From an uncultured Chloroflexia bacterium (GTDB taxonomy: Bacteria; Chloroflexota; Limnocylindria; QHBO01), in contig OY969424.1 in the NCBI GenBank assembly GCA_963699235.1, positions 20,311 to 84,310 on the forward strand: 64,000 bases of DNA. The letters run 5' to 3'. The position numbers and the translations under genes are program-made. This document shows, one piece after another, positions 48,203 through 57,378 of the stretch. The notes under the pieces are model-generated. The model had not been told where the DNA came from. It did no database searches and saw only the letters and a program-made list of their open reading frames with translations. Positions within the stretch are counted from its first letter, which is position 1; each line of letters opens with the position of its first letter.

Positions 48203-50191
48203 GTGCGCGACGAGCTGACCCCTCGAGAAGTTGCCCTGGAGCTGGGGGTCACCGTTCGAACCGTCCAGCGCTGGATTGCGACCGGGCGCCTGGCAGGCAG
48301 CCGGGTCGGCGGCCGAATGCGCGTTCCGCGCAGCGCGCTGGCAGCCGTCACCGGGGCCGAGCCGGCGGCGGGCCCGCGCGAGATCCACGCGCTCCTGATC
48401 GCCAACCGCGGGGAGATCGCGGCGCGGATCGGGCGGACGGCGGAGCGGCTCAGGATGCGCGTCATCCGGGTCCATGAGCCCGATGAGCCGGCTCCCGCGG
48501 ACGGCGACCTCGCCTTCCCCATCCGCTCATACCTCGATGCCGACGCGGTCATCGACGCGGCGCTCCGCTGCGGGGCGGATGCCGTTCACCCCGGCTACGG
48601 TTTCCTGGCCGAGAACGCCGACTTCGCCGACGCTGTGGCTCGGGCCGGCCTGGTATGGGTCGGCCCGCCCCCGGACGCGATCCGGGCGATGGGCGACAAG
48701 GCTGCGGCCCGCCGGCTTGCGACGGCCAGCGGCGTGGCGGTCGTCCCCGGCTACGACGACGCCGACCAGGACGACGCCTCGCTGACCGACGCCGCTCCCG
48801 GGGTCGGGTTCCCGCTCCTGGTCAAGCCGGCCGGTGGTGGTGGCGGCAAGGGAATGCGCGTGGTGCGCGCGGCTGGCGACCTCGCCGATGCACTGGCTGC
48901 CAGCCGGCGGGAAGCGGAGGCCGGATTCGCCAACGATCGGCTTATCCTCGAGCGCCTCCTGGAAGGCCCACGCCATGTCGAGGTCCAGGTCCTGTTCGAC
49001 ACGCACGGCAATGGCGTTCATCTGGGCGAGCGCGACTGCAGTGCCCAACGGCGCCAGCAGAAGATCCTCGAGGAAGCCCCCGCGCCGTCGGTCGGCGCCC
49101 GGCTGCGGGCGGAGCTGGGAAACGCGGCCCTGACGGTGGCGGCCGCCGCGGGCTACGTCGGGGTCGGCACCGCCGAGTTCCTGGTGACCGATGACGGGGA
49201 GTTCTTCTTCCTCGAGATGAACACACGCCTCCAGGTCGAGCATCCCGTCACCGAGGGGGTGACCGGCCGCGACCTCGTGGCCGACCAGCTGCGGATCGCG
49301 GCCGGGGACCATCTCGGCATTGACCAGGCCGCGATCCGGATCACCGGTCATGCGATCGAAGCCCGGGTCTACGCCGAGGACCCCGAGAACGGCTTCCTGC
49401 CCGCCACTGGCCGGGTCGTGGACCTGCGCTGGCCCAGTGGCGAGGGGATCCGGGTCGATGCCGGCGTGGACGCCGGCGACCTGGTGTCGGACCGATACGA
49501 CCCACTGCTGGCCAAGGTCATTGCCCATGGCCATACCCGGGCCCAAGCCATCGACCGCCTTCGCGGGGCACTGGCGGAAACGCGAGTTCTAGGGGTGCGG
49601 ACCAACCTCCGCTTCCTGCGCTGGCTGGTCGACCAGCCGGCGACCCGCAACGGGGAGCTCCGGACCGATACCCTCGCCAAGCTCGACCTCCCCGGCCCGG
49701 TCCAGCTCCCCGAGACCGCCTGGCGCTCGGCCGCCGCCCTCTTCGTCGACCCTGGCGCCGGACCGTGGAGCGGCGGATGGCGTCTGAATGCCGCGCCGGC
49801 AATTCGGCTGGCGCAGGGAGACCAGGTGCGGGCCGCCGCGCCGCTCCCCGGGTTGCCGGCCGCGCGGCACGGCGATGCCGCGCATGTCGAGGTCGAGGGT
49901 CAGTCACTCGAGTTCCGGCTTGCCCCGCCACCCGCGGTCGAGGAGGCGGTGCGCCACGCGGCTCAAGCCGCCGGCACGGCCGTCCTGGTGGCGCCCATGC
50001 CGGGACGGGTGCGGGCCGTGCACTACCGGACGGGCGACCAGGTCGCGGCCCATGCCCCGGTGGTCGTCCTGGAGGCGATGAAGATGGAGCACGCGATCAG
50101 TGCGCCGCTGGCAGGCATGGTCAGCGCTGTGCACGTCCGGCCCGGCGATCAGGTCCAGCGCGGCGACCTCCTGGCCGAGGTGTCAGCGTAG
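48203..50191 (+). CDS. mccA: Biotin-dependent carboxylase alpha subunit (MCC alpha: BC+BCCP) with N-terminal HTH_17/excisionase-like DNA-binding domain
   Basis: aa 4-50 LTPREVALELGVTVRTVQRWIATGRL...RVGGRMRV; then LIANRGEIA, HPGYGFLAEN, GGGGKGMR, EMNTRLQVEHPVTE, EAMKMEH. Confidence 0.9.
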   Translation: MRDELTPREVALELGVTVRTVQRWIATGRLAGSRVGGRMRVPRSALAAVTGAEPAAGPREIHALLIANRGEIAARIGRTAERLRMRVIRVHEPDEPAPADGDLAFPIRSYLDADAVIDAALRCGADAVHPGYGFLAENADFADAVARAGLVWVGPPPDAIRAMGDKAAARRLATASGVAVVPGYDDADQDDASLTDAAPGVGFPLLVKPAGGGGGKGMRVVRAAGDLADALAASRREAEAGFANDRLILERLLEGPRHVEVQVLFDTHGNGVHLGERDCSAQRRQQKILEEAPAPSVGARLRAELGNAALTVAAAAGYVGVGTAEFLVTDDGEFFFLEMNTRLQVEHPVTEGVTGRDLVADQLRIAAGDHLGIDQAAIRITGHAIEARVYAEDPENGFLPATGRVVDLRWPSGEGIRVDAGVDAGDLVSDRYDPLLAKVIAHGHTRAQAIDRLRGALAETRVLGVRTNLRFLRWLVDQPATRNGELRTDTLAKLDLPGPVQLPETAWRSAAALFVDPGAGPWSGGWRLNAAPAIRLAQGDQVRAAAPLPGLPAARHGDAAHVEVEGQSLEFRLAPPPAVEEAVRHAAQAAGTAVLVAPMPGRVRAVHYRTGDQVAAHAPVVVLEAMKMEHAISAPLAGMVSAVHVRPGDQVQRGDLLAEVSA

Positions 50192-50203
50192 GATGCGGCG
50201 GCC

Positions 50204-51106
50204 ATGACCCACGTCGACGTCCGGGTCTACGAGGTTGGCCCGCGCGATGGGCTGCAGAACGAAGCCACACCGATCGCGACCGAGACCAAGCTCGCATTCA
50301 TTACCCAGCTTGCCGACGCGGGCTTGCGCGAGATCGAGGCCACCTCGTTCGTCTCCCCCGGCGCCATTCCCCAGCTTGCCGATGCCGACGAGCTGATGGC
50401 TGCCCTCGATCGACGGCCGGGAGTTCGCTACCCGGTCCTCGTCCCCAATGCCCGCGGCCTGGAACGAGCGATCACCGCCAGGGTCGACGCGGTCTGCGTG
50501 TTCACCGCGGCGTCCGAGACGTTCACCCGCCACAACATCGGGATGTCCATCGCCGAATCCCTGGCCGCGTTCGAGCCGGTGGTGGCCCATGCCCGGCGCG
50601 AGGGGTGGTGGATCCGGGGCTACCTGTCCACCGCCTTCGGCTGCCCCTACGAAGGACCGATTGCCGAGCGGGCCGTGGTGGAAGTGGCCGAACAACTGCT
50701 GGCCCTGGGCGTGGACGAGCTGAGCATCGGTGACACGATCGGGGTGGCCGGACCGGCTGACGTGCGGCGGGTGGTCGGCGCCCTCACCGCGGCCGGCATC
50801 GAACCGGACCGGCTGGCGATGCACTTCCATGACACGCGCGGCACGGCAGTCGCCAACGTGGCGACTGCGCTCGGGCTGGACATCCGCTGCTTCGACGCCA
50901 GCACCGGTGGCACCGGCGGCTGCCCGTACGCACCGGGTGCCGCCGGCAACCTGGCGACCGAGGATCTCGTGTATCTGCTCGACCGGGAGGGGCTTCGCCA
51001 CGGGCTGGACCTCGACGAGATCCTGGGCGCGGCCCGCTTCATCGCCGAGGCTCTGGGCAAGCCGCTCGCTTCCAAGGTGGGTCAGGCCAGCGGCTGGCCA
51101 GCGTAG
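50204..51106 (+). CDS. hmgL: Hydroxymethylglutaryl-CoA lyase
   Basis: EVGPRDGLQNE, SFVSP..IPQLAD, HFHDTRG, GGCPYAPGAAGNLATED. Confidence 0.95.
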   Translation: MTHVDVRVYEVGPRDGLQNEATPIATETKLAFITQLADAGLREIEATSFVSPGAIPQLADADELMAALDRRPGVRYPVLVPNARGLERAITARVDAVCVFTAASETFTRHNIGMSIAESLAAFEPVVAHARREGWWIRGYLSTAFGCPYEGPIAERAVVEVAEQLLALGVDELSIGDTIGVAGPADVRRVVGALTAAGIEPDRLAMHFHDTRGTAVANVATALGLDIRCFDASTGGTGGCPYAPGAAGNLATEDLVYLLDREGLRHGLDLDEILGAARFIAEALGKPLASKVGQASGWPA

Positions 51107-51117
51107 GATTGCGACCG

Positions 51118-52083
51118 ATGGCCGACGCCCAGACCGATCGGCGCCCGGTGATCCTGGATGTCGATACCGGGATCGACGACATGGTGGCGCTGCTCATCGC
51201 CGCCACCGCGCCCGAGCTGAACCTGCGGGGCGTGACCTGCGTCGCCGGCAACGTCGAGCTCCAGTACGTGGCCCGCAACACCGGCTCCCTGCTCCAGCTC
51301 GTGGGGCGGGGCGACGTGCCGGTCTCGATCGGGGCTGCGCGGCCGCTCACCCGCCGGCTGCGGACCGCGCCGGAGACCCACGGACCGACCGGCACCGGCT
51401 ACGCCGAGCTGCGGGGCGAGCAACGGGCCCTGGAAACGACCGACTTCACCGCCGTCCCCGCCGCGCGCTACCTCGAGGCTCACCTCACCCGCCATCCGGG
51501 CGAGATGACGATCGTGGCCACCGGGCCGCTGACCAACGTGGCCTCGGCCGCCAACAACGGGGTGGACCTGGCGGGCGGCGCCCGGGAGGTCATCTGGATG
51601 GGTGGCGCGCTGTCGGTCCGGGGCAACACGACCGAGCACGGGGAGTGGAACGCCTGCGTGGATCCGGAGGCCGCCGAGATCTGCCTCTCCGGCGGAGCCG
51701 TGGACCGCATCTTTCCGCTTGATGCCACCCAGCAGGTGGTCTTCACCCTCGAGGACCTGGACCGCTTGCCCGCCACGGACCTGGCGGACCTGGTCCGCGA
51801 CGCGCTCCGCTTCTACGTCGGGTACCACCGCGTGGCGGACGGGATCGACGGCTGCTACCTGCACGACCCGGTCACCGTGGTCGGGGCGCTGCTCCGCCCG
51901 GACCTGGTCACTGCCAGCCAGGACCATCGCCTGACCTGCGACACCGCCACCGACCCCGCCGTGGCGGGCACCATCCGCCCGGCCGAGAACGATCCGCGCC
52001 CGGCCCTGAACGTCGTCACCGCCATCAACGGACCGGCCATGCACGAGGAGATCCTCGATCGCCTGACCCGTGCCGTGGCCTGA
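51118..52083 (+). CDS. Nucleoside hydrolase (IUNH family)
   Basis: DVDTGIDD, GNV, TGPLTN, MGG, EWN..VDPEAA, LHDP. Confidence 0.92.
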   Translation: MADAQTDRRPVILDVDTGIDDMVALLIAATAPELNLRGVTCVAGNVELQYVARNTGSLLQLVGRGDVPVSIGAARPLTRRLRTAPETHGPTGTGYAELRGEQRALETTDFTAVPAARYLEAHLTRHPGEMTIVATGPLTNVASAANNGVDLAGGAREVIWMGGALSVRGNTTEHGEWNACVDPEAAEICLSGGAVDRIFPLDATQQVVFTLEDLDRLPATDLADLVRDALRFYVGYHRVADGIDGCYLHDPVTVVGALLRPDLVTASQDHRLTCDTATDPAVAGTIRPAENDPRPALNVVTAINGPAMHEEILDRLTRAVA

Positions 52084-52111
52084 GCCCCAGCCGAACCGGA
52101 GGACAACACTG

Positions 52112-53275
52112 ATGACCACCGAGGAACGCCCGGCCGACGCCGTCGCCGAGCCTGGCCGCGGTACCGATGGAGGCGGCTGGATGCGGGCTGCGATCGGCGT
52201 CATCGTCTTCCTGCTCGTCACCGCCGCGGGGATCGTGGCCTTCGGCCAGTTCGGGGAAGGCGAGGTGGACCCGAACACCGGCGCCAACGCGACCGCGGCC
52301 AACTCGTTTGCCCTGATCCTCGCCATCGCGATGCTGGTCGGGACCGCCGTCATGCTGCTCCTGGAGCGGATCCAGACCGGCCACTTCGGGTCGTTGTCGC
52401 GGCAGTTCACGCTCCGCGTCGTGGTCCTCATGCCGTTCGCGATCGCGATCAACATCGTCCTCGGCCAGACCGTGGCCGCCGCGCTGAAGATCCCGATCTA
52501 CCTCGACTCGATCGGCACCATCCTGGTCGGCGTCCTGGCCGGCCCCATCGCCGGGGCCGCCACCGGGGCCCTGGGCAACCTCCTGTGGGCGTACGTCGTC
52601 CCGCCGCCCTTCCAGTACCCGCCAGCCGCCGCCTTCGCGGTGGTGGCCGCGATCATCGGCATCGCGGCCGGCCTGGCCGGCCGCTACGGCGTGCTGCGGC
52701 CGCGTACCGAGCGGCCAATCGGCCAGCTCATCGTGGCCGGCGTCCTCGTCGGGGGGATCATCATCGGCCTGGCGTGGCTGGCGGCAGCCGGCTACACCCT
52801 CATCTTCGGCACCGACGTGAACCCGCTGCCATCGAGCGACAACCAGCTGTTCCTGGTCCTGGGCTACGTGGCCGCCCTGCTGGTGGTGGCCGCCGTGCTC
52901 GGCACGTTCGCGCTGCTGTTCGGGCGCCGCGACCTGACGGCCGCCTACGCGGTCGTCACCGGGGTGGTGACCGGCATCGTGGCCGCCCTGATCAGCGCGC
53001 CGATCGCCGCCAGCGTGTTCGGCGGGGTCACCGGTGCCGGGACGGACTTCCTGGTCGCCGCCTTCCGCCAAGCCGGGCTGGACATCTACGCCGCCACGAC
53101 CGGGCAGGGACTCATCAGCGACCCCATCGACAAAGCCGTGACGTTCGTCCTCGTCTACCTCATCACCGTGGCGATGGCTGTCCGGCTCAAGGCCCGCTTC
53201 CCCCAGGGTGAGCAGCTCATCGAGGAGCCGGCCGAGCCCGACGCGAGCGTGCGGACAGCGGGGGGCACGGGCTGA
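52112..53275 (+). CDS. ECF transporter substrate-specific (S) component, enlarged
   Basis: IAINIVLG, LKIPIYLDSIGTILVGVLAGP..G, GGVTGAG, SDPIDK; in operon with T, A and A' genes. Confidence 0.8.
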   Translation: MTTEERPADAVAEPGRGTDGGGWMRAAIGVIVFLLVTAAGIVAFGQFGEGEVDPNTGANATAANSFALILAIAMLVGTAVMLLLERIQTGHFGSLSRQFTLRVVVLMPFAIAINIVLGQTVAAALKIPIYLDSIGTILVGVLAGPIAGAATGALGNLLWAYVVPPPFQYPPAAAFAVVAAIIGIAAGLAGRYGVLRPRTERPIGQLIVAGVLVGGIIIGLAWLAAAGYTLIFGTDVNPLPSSDNQLFLVLGYVAALLVVAAVLGTFALLFGRRDLTAAYAVVTGVVTGIVAALISAPIAASVFGGVTGAGTDFLVAAFRQAGLDIYAATTGQGLISDPIDKAVTFVLVYLITVAMAVRLKARFPQGEQLIEEPAEPDASVRTAGGTG

Positions 53276-54078
53276 GCGACGCGGCCGAGCCGGCGGCGCC
53301 GGCGTTCCTCGTCCCGCCGACGCCCACCGCCTGGCATCGGCTCAACCCGCTGACCCGGCTGGTGGCGGCCACCGTCACCGCCGTCAATGCCACGATCCTG
53401 GGCGGCGTCGTCGGTCCCGTTGGCCTGACCCTGTTCGCTGTCCTCCTGCCAGGCGCGATGGCCGGGGTCCTGCCCCGCCTCCTCCGGGTGGGGATGCTCC
53501 TCGCGCTGCCGTTGGCGGTCAGCGTCTTCGTCGTCAACCTGTTCTTCTATCCGTCGGGCTCGACGGTCCTGTTCGCGATCGGCCCCATCACTGCCACCTC
53601 GGAAGGCCTGGCCTACGCCATCGAGACCCTGGTCCGGCTGGTGGCCATCACCGGCGCCCTCGCCCTGTTCTACCTGACCACCCCGATCGGGTCGCTGGTG
53701 GTGGACCTCGAGCGGCGCGGCGTCAGCCCGCGGCTGGCGTTCGTGGTCAGCGCTTCGGTGCGGACCATCCCGGCCACCCTCGAGCGGGCCGGCCAGATCG
53801 CCGACGCCCAGCGCGCCCGCGGACTCGACACCGAGGGCAGCCCCTGGCGGCGCCTCCGTGGGCTCGTCCCCCTCGTCGGCCCGGTGTTGCTGGGCTCCAT
53901 CAGCGAGGTCGAGGACCGCGCGATGGCCCTCGAGGCCCGCGGCTTCTCACGCCCCGGCCGCCGCTCGCTCCTCTGGTTCCCCGCCGATCGCCTCGTGGAA
54001 CGGGTCGCCCGCTGGCTGATGGTCCTGTCCGTTCCCGCCCTGGTCATCGCCGGCTTCGCCGGCTGGCTGCCGCGGTGA
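53272..54078 (+). CDS. ECF transporter transmembrane (T) component; CTG start proposed
   Basis: HRLNPLTRL upstream of first GTG; AQRARG and MALEARG coupling motifs. Confidence 0.85.
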   Translation: MSDAAEPAAPAFLVPPTPTAWHRLNPLTRLVAATVTAVNATILGGVVGPVGLTLFAVLLPGAMAGVLPRLLRVGMLLALPLAVSVFVVNLFFYPSGSTVLFAIGPITATSEGLAYAIETLVRLVAITGALALFYLTTPIGSLVVDLERRGVSPRLAFVVSASVRTIPATLERAGQIADAQRARGLDTEGSPWRRLRGLVPLVGPVLLGSISEVEDRAMALEARGFSRPGRRSLLWFPADRLVERVARWLMVLSVPALVIAGFAGWLPR

Positions 54079-54082
54079 CCAG

Positions 54083-54880
54083 GTGCTGACCCTGACGGGT
54101 GTCACGTACCGATACGCTGGCTCGGCCCGGCCGTCGCTGACCGATGTCTCGCTGACGCTTGGACCGGGCGAGGTGGTCGGTGTTATCGGCCCGAACGAGG
54201 CGGGCAAGTCCACGCTGTGCCTGGTGGCCGCCGGCCTGGCACCCCGGGCCGTGGGCGGGACCCTCAGCGGCTCGGTCCAGGTCGATGGCCGGGACCTGGC
54301 GGCGGTGCCGGCCGGTGAGCTGGCGGCGCGGGTGGGCATCGGCTTCGCGACGGCAACGCTGAGCGGGATCTGCTCGACGGTGTACGAGGAGGTGGCCTTC
54401 GGACCGATGAACCTGGGACTCCCCCGGATCGAGGTCATGCAGCGGACCGAGGAGGCGATGCGGGCCGTGGCCATCGCGGACCTCGCCGAGCGCGACCCGG
54501 AGCGCCTGTCCGGCGGCCAGCGACAGCTCGTCGCGATGGCCGGGGTGCTGGCAATGCAGCCCGCCCATCTCGTGCTCGACGAGCCCACGGCCATGCTCGA
54601 TCCCTCCGGCACGCGGCTGGTGGGCGAAGCCATCGCGGCCCTGGCGGCCGGAGGGGCCTCCATCCTCATCGCCGAGCAGAAGACCGATCTGCTGGCCGCC
54701 ATCTGCACACGCGCCGTCGTCCTGGCCGAAGGGCGCGCCGTCCTCCTGGGCGAGGCGACCGCGGTCCTGGCCGACCCGGTCCTCGAGAAGCTCGGGGTTG
54801 ATCCCCCGACATCGGTCCGGCTGGCTCGACTGGCCGGCGCCGCCGGCCTGGATCCCGCGCGCCTGGTCGTGCCGGCATGA
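54083..54880 (+). CDS. ECF ATPase A (partly degenerate)
   Basis: GPNEAGKST, EEVAFG, LSGGQRQ, LDEPT, IAEQK. Confidence 0.88.
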   Translation: MLTLTGVTYRYAGSARPSLTDVSLTLGPGEVVGVIGPNEAGKSTLCLVAAGLAPRAVGGTLSGSVQVDGRDLAAVPAGELAARVGIGFATATLSGICSTVYEEVAFGPMNLGLPRIEVMQRTEEAMRAVAIADLAERDPERLSGGQRQLVAMAGVLAMQPAHLVLDEPTAMLDPSGTRLVGEAIAALAAGGASILIAEQKTDLLAAICTRAVVLAEGRAVLLGEATAVLADPVLEKLGVDPPTSVRLARLAGAAGLDPARLVVPA

Positions 54881-55692
54881 TCGACCTCGTCGTCGAGGAC
54901 CTCGTCCACGAGTACCCCGGCGGCGTACGAGCGCTGGACGGCGTGAGCCTGCGGTTCGGTGCCGGCGAGGCGGTGGCACTGGTGGGGCAGAACGGGTCGG
55001 GCAAGACGACTCTCGTCCGCCACCTGAACGGGTTGCTGCGACCGACGGCCGGCCGGGTGCTCGTCGGCGGGACCGATGCGGCCGGCCTGCGGGTGGCCGC
55101 CCTGGCGCGGCAGGTGGGCCTCGTCTTCCAGGACCCCGATCGCCAGATCTTCGCCGGCACCGTTCGACGCGAGGTCGAGTTCGGGCCGCGGAACGTCGGG
55201 CTGCGCGGGGCGGCGCTGGACGAGGCGGTGCGGTCGGCGCTGGCGGCCGTGGGCCTGGACGGCCTGGAGGCCACGAACCCCTACGACCTGGGTGCCGCTC
55301 GTCGCAAGCTGCTGGCCATCGCCTCGGTCGTGGCGATGGAGACGCCAGTCCTCGTCCTGGACGAGCCCACGACCGGGCAGGATCGGGCGGGTGTCGGCCG
55401 CATCCACGACCTCTTGAGCCGGGCGGTGGATCAGGGTCGGACCGTCATCGCCGTCAGCCACGACCTGCGGTTCGTGGCCGAGACCTTCCCCCGGGTCGCG
55501 GTCCTGCGCGCCGGGCGGGTGGTCCTGGACGGGCCGCCGGGCGAGGTCTTCGCGGCGGGAAACCGGGCGGCGCTGGCCGAGACCGGACTGGAGCCGCCTG
55601 CGGCGGCCGAGCTGGCTGATCGGCTCGGGGTTGGACCGGTGGCGACCGAGGCGGAACTGGTCGCCGCGGTGGTGAGGGCGGGGGCGGGCTGA
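54877..55692 (+). CDS. ECF ATPase A'
   Basis: GQNGSGKTT, VFQDPDRQIF, NPYDL, LDEPTTGQD, VSHD. Confidence 0.9.
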   Translation: MIDLVVEDLVHEYPGGVRALDGVSLRFGAGEAVALVGQNGSGKTTLVRHLNGLLRPTAGRVLVGGTDAAGLRVAALARQVGLVFQDPDRQIFAGTVRREVEFGPRNVGLRGAALDEAVRSALAAVGLDGLEATNPYDLGAARRKLLAIASVVAMETPVLVLDEPTTGQDRAGVGRIHDLLSRAVDQGRTVIAVSHDLRFVAETFPRVAVLRAGRVVLDGPPGEVFAAGNRAALAETGLEPPAAAELADRLGVGPVATEAELVAAVVRAGAG

Positions 55693-55693
55693 G

Positions 55694-56131
55694 CTAGGGG
55701 GCCCGGGGCGGGGGCAGCGGCTTTCCGGTGGCGTCCACCCGTTCCTCGGCAGGGAGCTCGTCCCGGTGGAGTCGTCCGTTGGTCGGCCCGGGGATCGGCA
55801 CTGCCATCACCGAGTGGGGCACTTCGTCCAGGCGCTGCCCGACCCCGCGCAGCCCGAGCTCGCGGAGCGCGGCCGCATACCGTTCCGCGACCGCCCGGTC
55901 ACGAAGGAGGCCGAACAGGAGAGACGGATGTGCGCGGTTCAGGAGCTCGAGGGCCCGCGCCGTATCGGTCGCGTTGACCTGGTTGCGGCCGAGCTGTGAC
56001 TCGAGGGTGTCGAGGGCGCGGTTCACCTCGCGGCGGGTGCCGCTGCTGAAGCTGACCCGGTTGGCCACAATGCGGGTCTCGCGCAGGGCGGCCCGGGTGA
56101 CGTCGTCGCGGCTGCGCGGCGCGGAGGTCAT
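55694..56131 (-). CDS. Hypothetical protein
   Basis: 145-aa ORF; TAAGAT box 6 nt upstream of ATG. Confidence 0.6.
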   Translation of the reverse strand: MTSAPRSRDDVTRAALRETRIVANRVSFSSGTRREVNRALDTLESQLGRNQVNATDTARALELLNRAHPSLLFGLLRDRAVAERYAAALRELGLRGVGQRLDEVPHSVMAVPIPGPTNGRLHRDELPAEERVDATGKPLPPPRAP

Positions 56132-56800
56132 ATGGCCATCTTACGGGCTGAGGGGGAGTGGCAGGCAACGGTCGCCCACGCCCTGGCCACGGCCGAACGA
56201 CCGATTCCGGTGGACCCGCGCTTCGTCCCACGTCGGGCCGTCCCCGACCCGGCCCAGGAGGAAGCCGATGCCCGGCGGTTCGACCGTTCCCGCTTCCCGA
56301 CGGCGCGCGCCGCAGCGACCCTCCTGCTCATCTACCCGTCGGACGGGACGCTGGTCATCCCGCTCACTGTCCGCCACGACGCGCTGGCCTCCCATCCGGG
56401 CGAGATCAGCCTCCCGGGCGGCGCGGTGGATGCCGACGACGCGAGCCTGGAAGATACGGCGCTGCGAGAGGCCCGGGAGGAGATCGGCCTGGACTCCGGC
56501 TCGGTCAGGGTCGTCGGTCGGCTGGACCCGGTCTGGATCCCGATCTCGAATTTCGAGCTCGTCCCCATCGTCGCCGTCGCTGATGAGCCGCCGATGCTGA
56601 CCCTGGGCCTGGACGAGGTCGCCGAGCTGATCGAGCTCCCGCTCGACCGCCTGCTTGCGGAAGACGGCGTGACCGAGGAGGAGATCGTCGTTCCCGGCGC
56701 GGTGCTCCGGACCGGGGTCTACTTCTGGGCCGGGCACCGAGTGTGGGGTGCTACCGCCCGCACGCTGTCCATGCTGGGGACCGTGCTGGAGGGCGTCTAG
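56132..56800 (+). CDS. NUDIX hydrolase, CoA pyrophosphatase-like
   Basis: AATLLL, LTVR..L.SHPGEISLPGG, ALREAREEIGL, VWGATA; start uncertain. Confidence 0.88.
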   Translation: MAILRAEGEWQATVAHALATAERPIPVDPRFVPRRAVPDPAQEEADARRFDRSRFPTARAAATLLLIYPSDGTLVIPLTVRHDALASHPGEISLPGGAVDADDASLEDTALREAREEIGLDSGSVRVVGRLDPVWIPISNFELVPIVAVADEPPMLTLGLDEVAELIELPLDRLLAEDGVTEEEIVVPGAVLRTGVYFWAGHRVWGATARTLSMLGTVLEGV

Positions 56801-57378
56801 GCAGGGGACGGCGCGGGTGCCGCGTCGTCCGCCCGATGCAGGATGAGCGGCGCCGGGCAGGCGAAGGGCAACGGCCGGCAGCGGGCGGCGATCTCGCCCG
56901 GCTCCCGATCCTCGCGGAGTTGGATCTGCCCGGTGTCGTCCCACTCGATGAGGAACGTCACCGCGCTGGTCACCGCCATCATGAAATCGTGCTGGAGGAC
57001 GATGACTGCTGTGCTGGGCATCCGGAAGTCCGAGGTCAGGTGACCCTGGATATTGACCAGCGTCCAGAGCTCGTCCTGGGCCTGGCTCAGGAACTCGGGA
57101 TTCGCGGCCGAGCCGTAGACGCACTTTCCGACCTGGGTCAGCCAGACCGTCTCACCCGAGTCGACCAGCGCCCCTTCACCTTCCCACATGCCGGTGAGGT
57201 CGATACGCTCGCCGTCCGGGCTCAGGAGGTCGATCGACTCGCACCCCTCCGGAAGGAGGCCGCCACCATCGACACTTGATCCAGACGCGGCCGGGGCGGA
57301 CGAGGTGGCGGAGCCGGATGGCGTGCAGCCAACCACGACCACCCCGATCAATGCCGCGACCAATCGGCGGCGGGTCAT
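56797..57378 (-). CDS. Lipoprotein, Cys-patterned paralog family (L2)
   Basis: Lipobox VVVGC; GCESIDLLSPDGERIDLTGMW...QVGKCVY...RC..FACPAPL. Confidence 0.78.
   Translation of the reverse strand: MTRRRLVAALIGVVVVGCTPSGSATSSAPAASGSSVDGGGLLPEGCESIDLLSPDGERIDLTGMWEGEGALVDSGETVWLTQVGKCVYGSAANPEFLSQAQDELWTLVNIQGHLTSDFRMPSTAVIVLQHDFMMAVTSAVTFLIEWDDTGQIQLREDREPGEIAARCRPLPFACPAPLILHRADDAAPAPSPA

Noticed and set aside
48203-48360. Prophage/ICE excisionase marking a mobile element
   Set aside because: The HTH is fused in frame to a metabolic enzyme; no integrase, att sites or phage genes nearby
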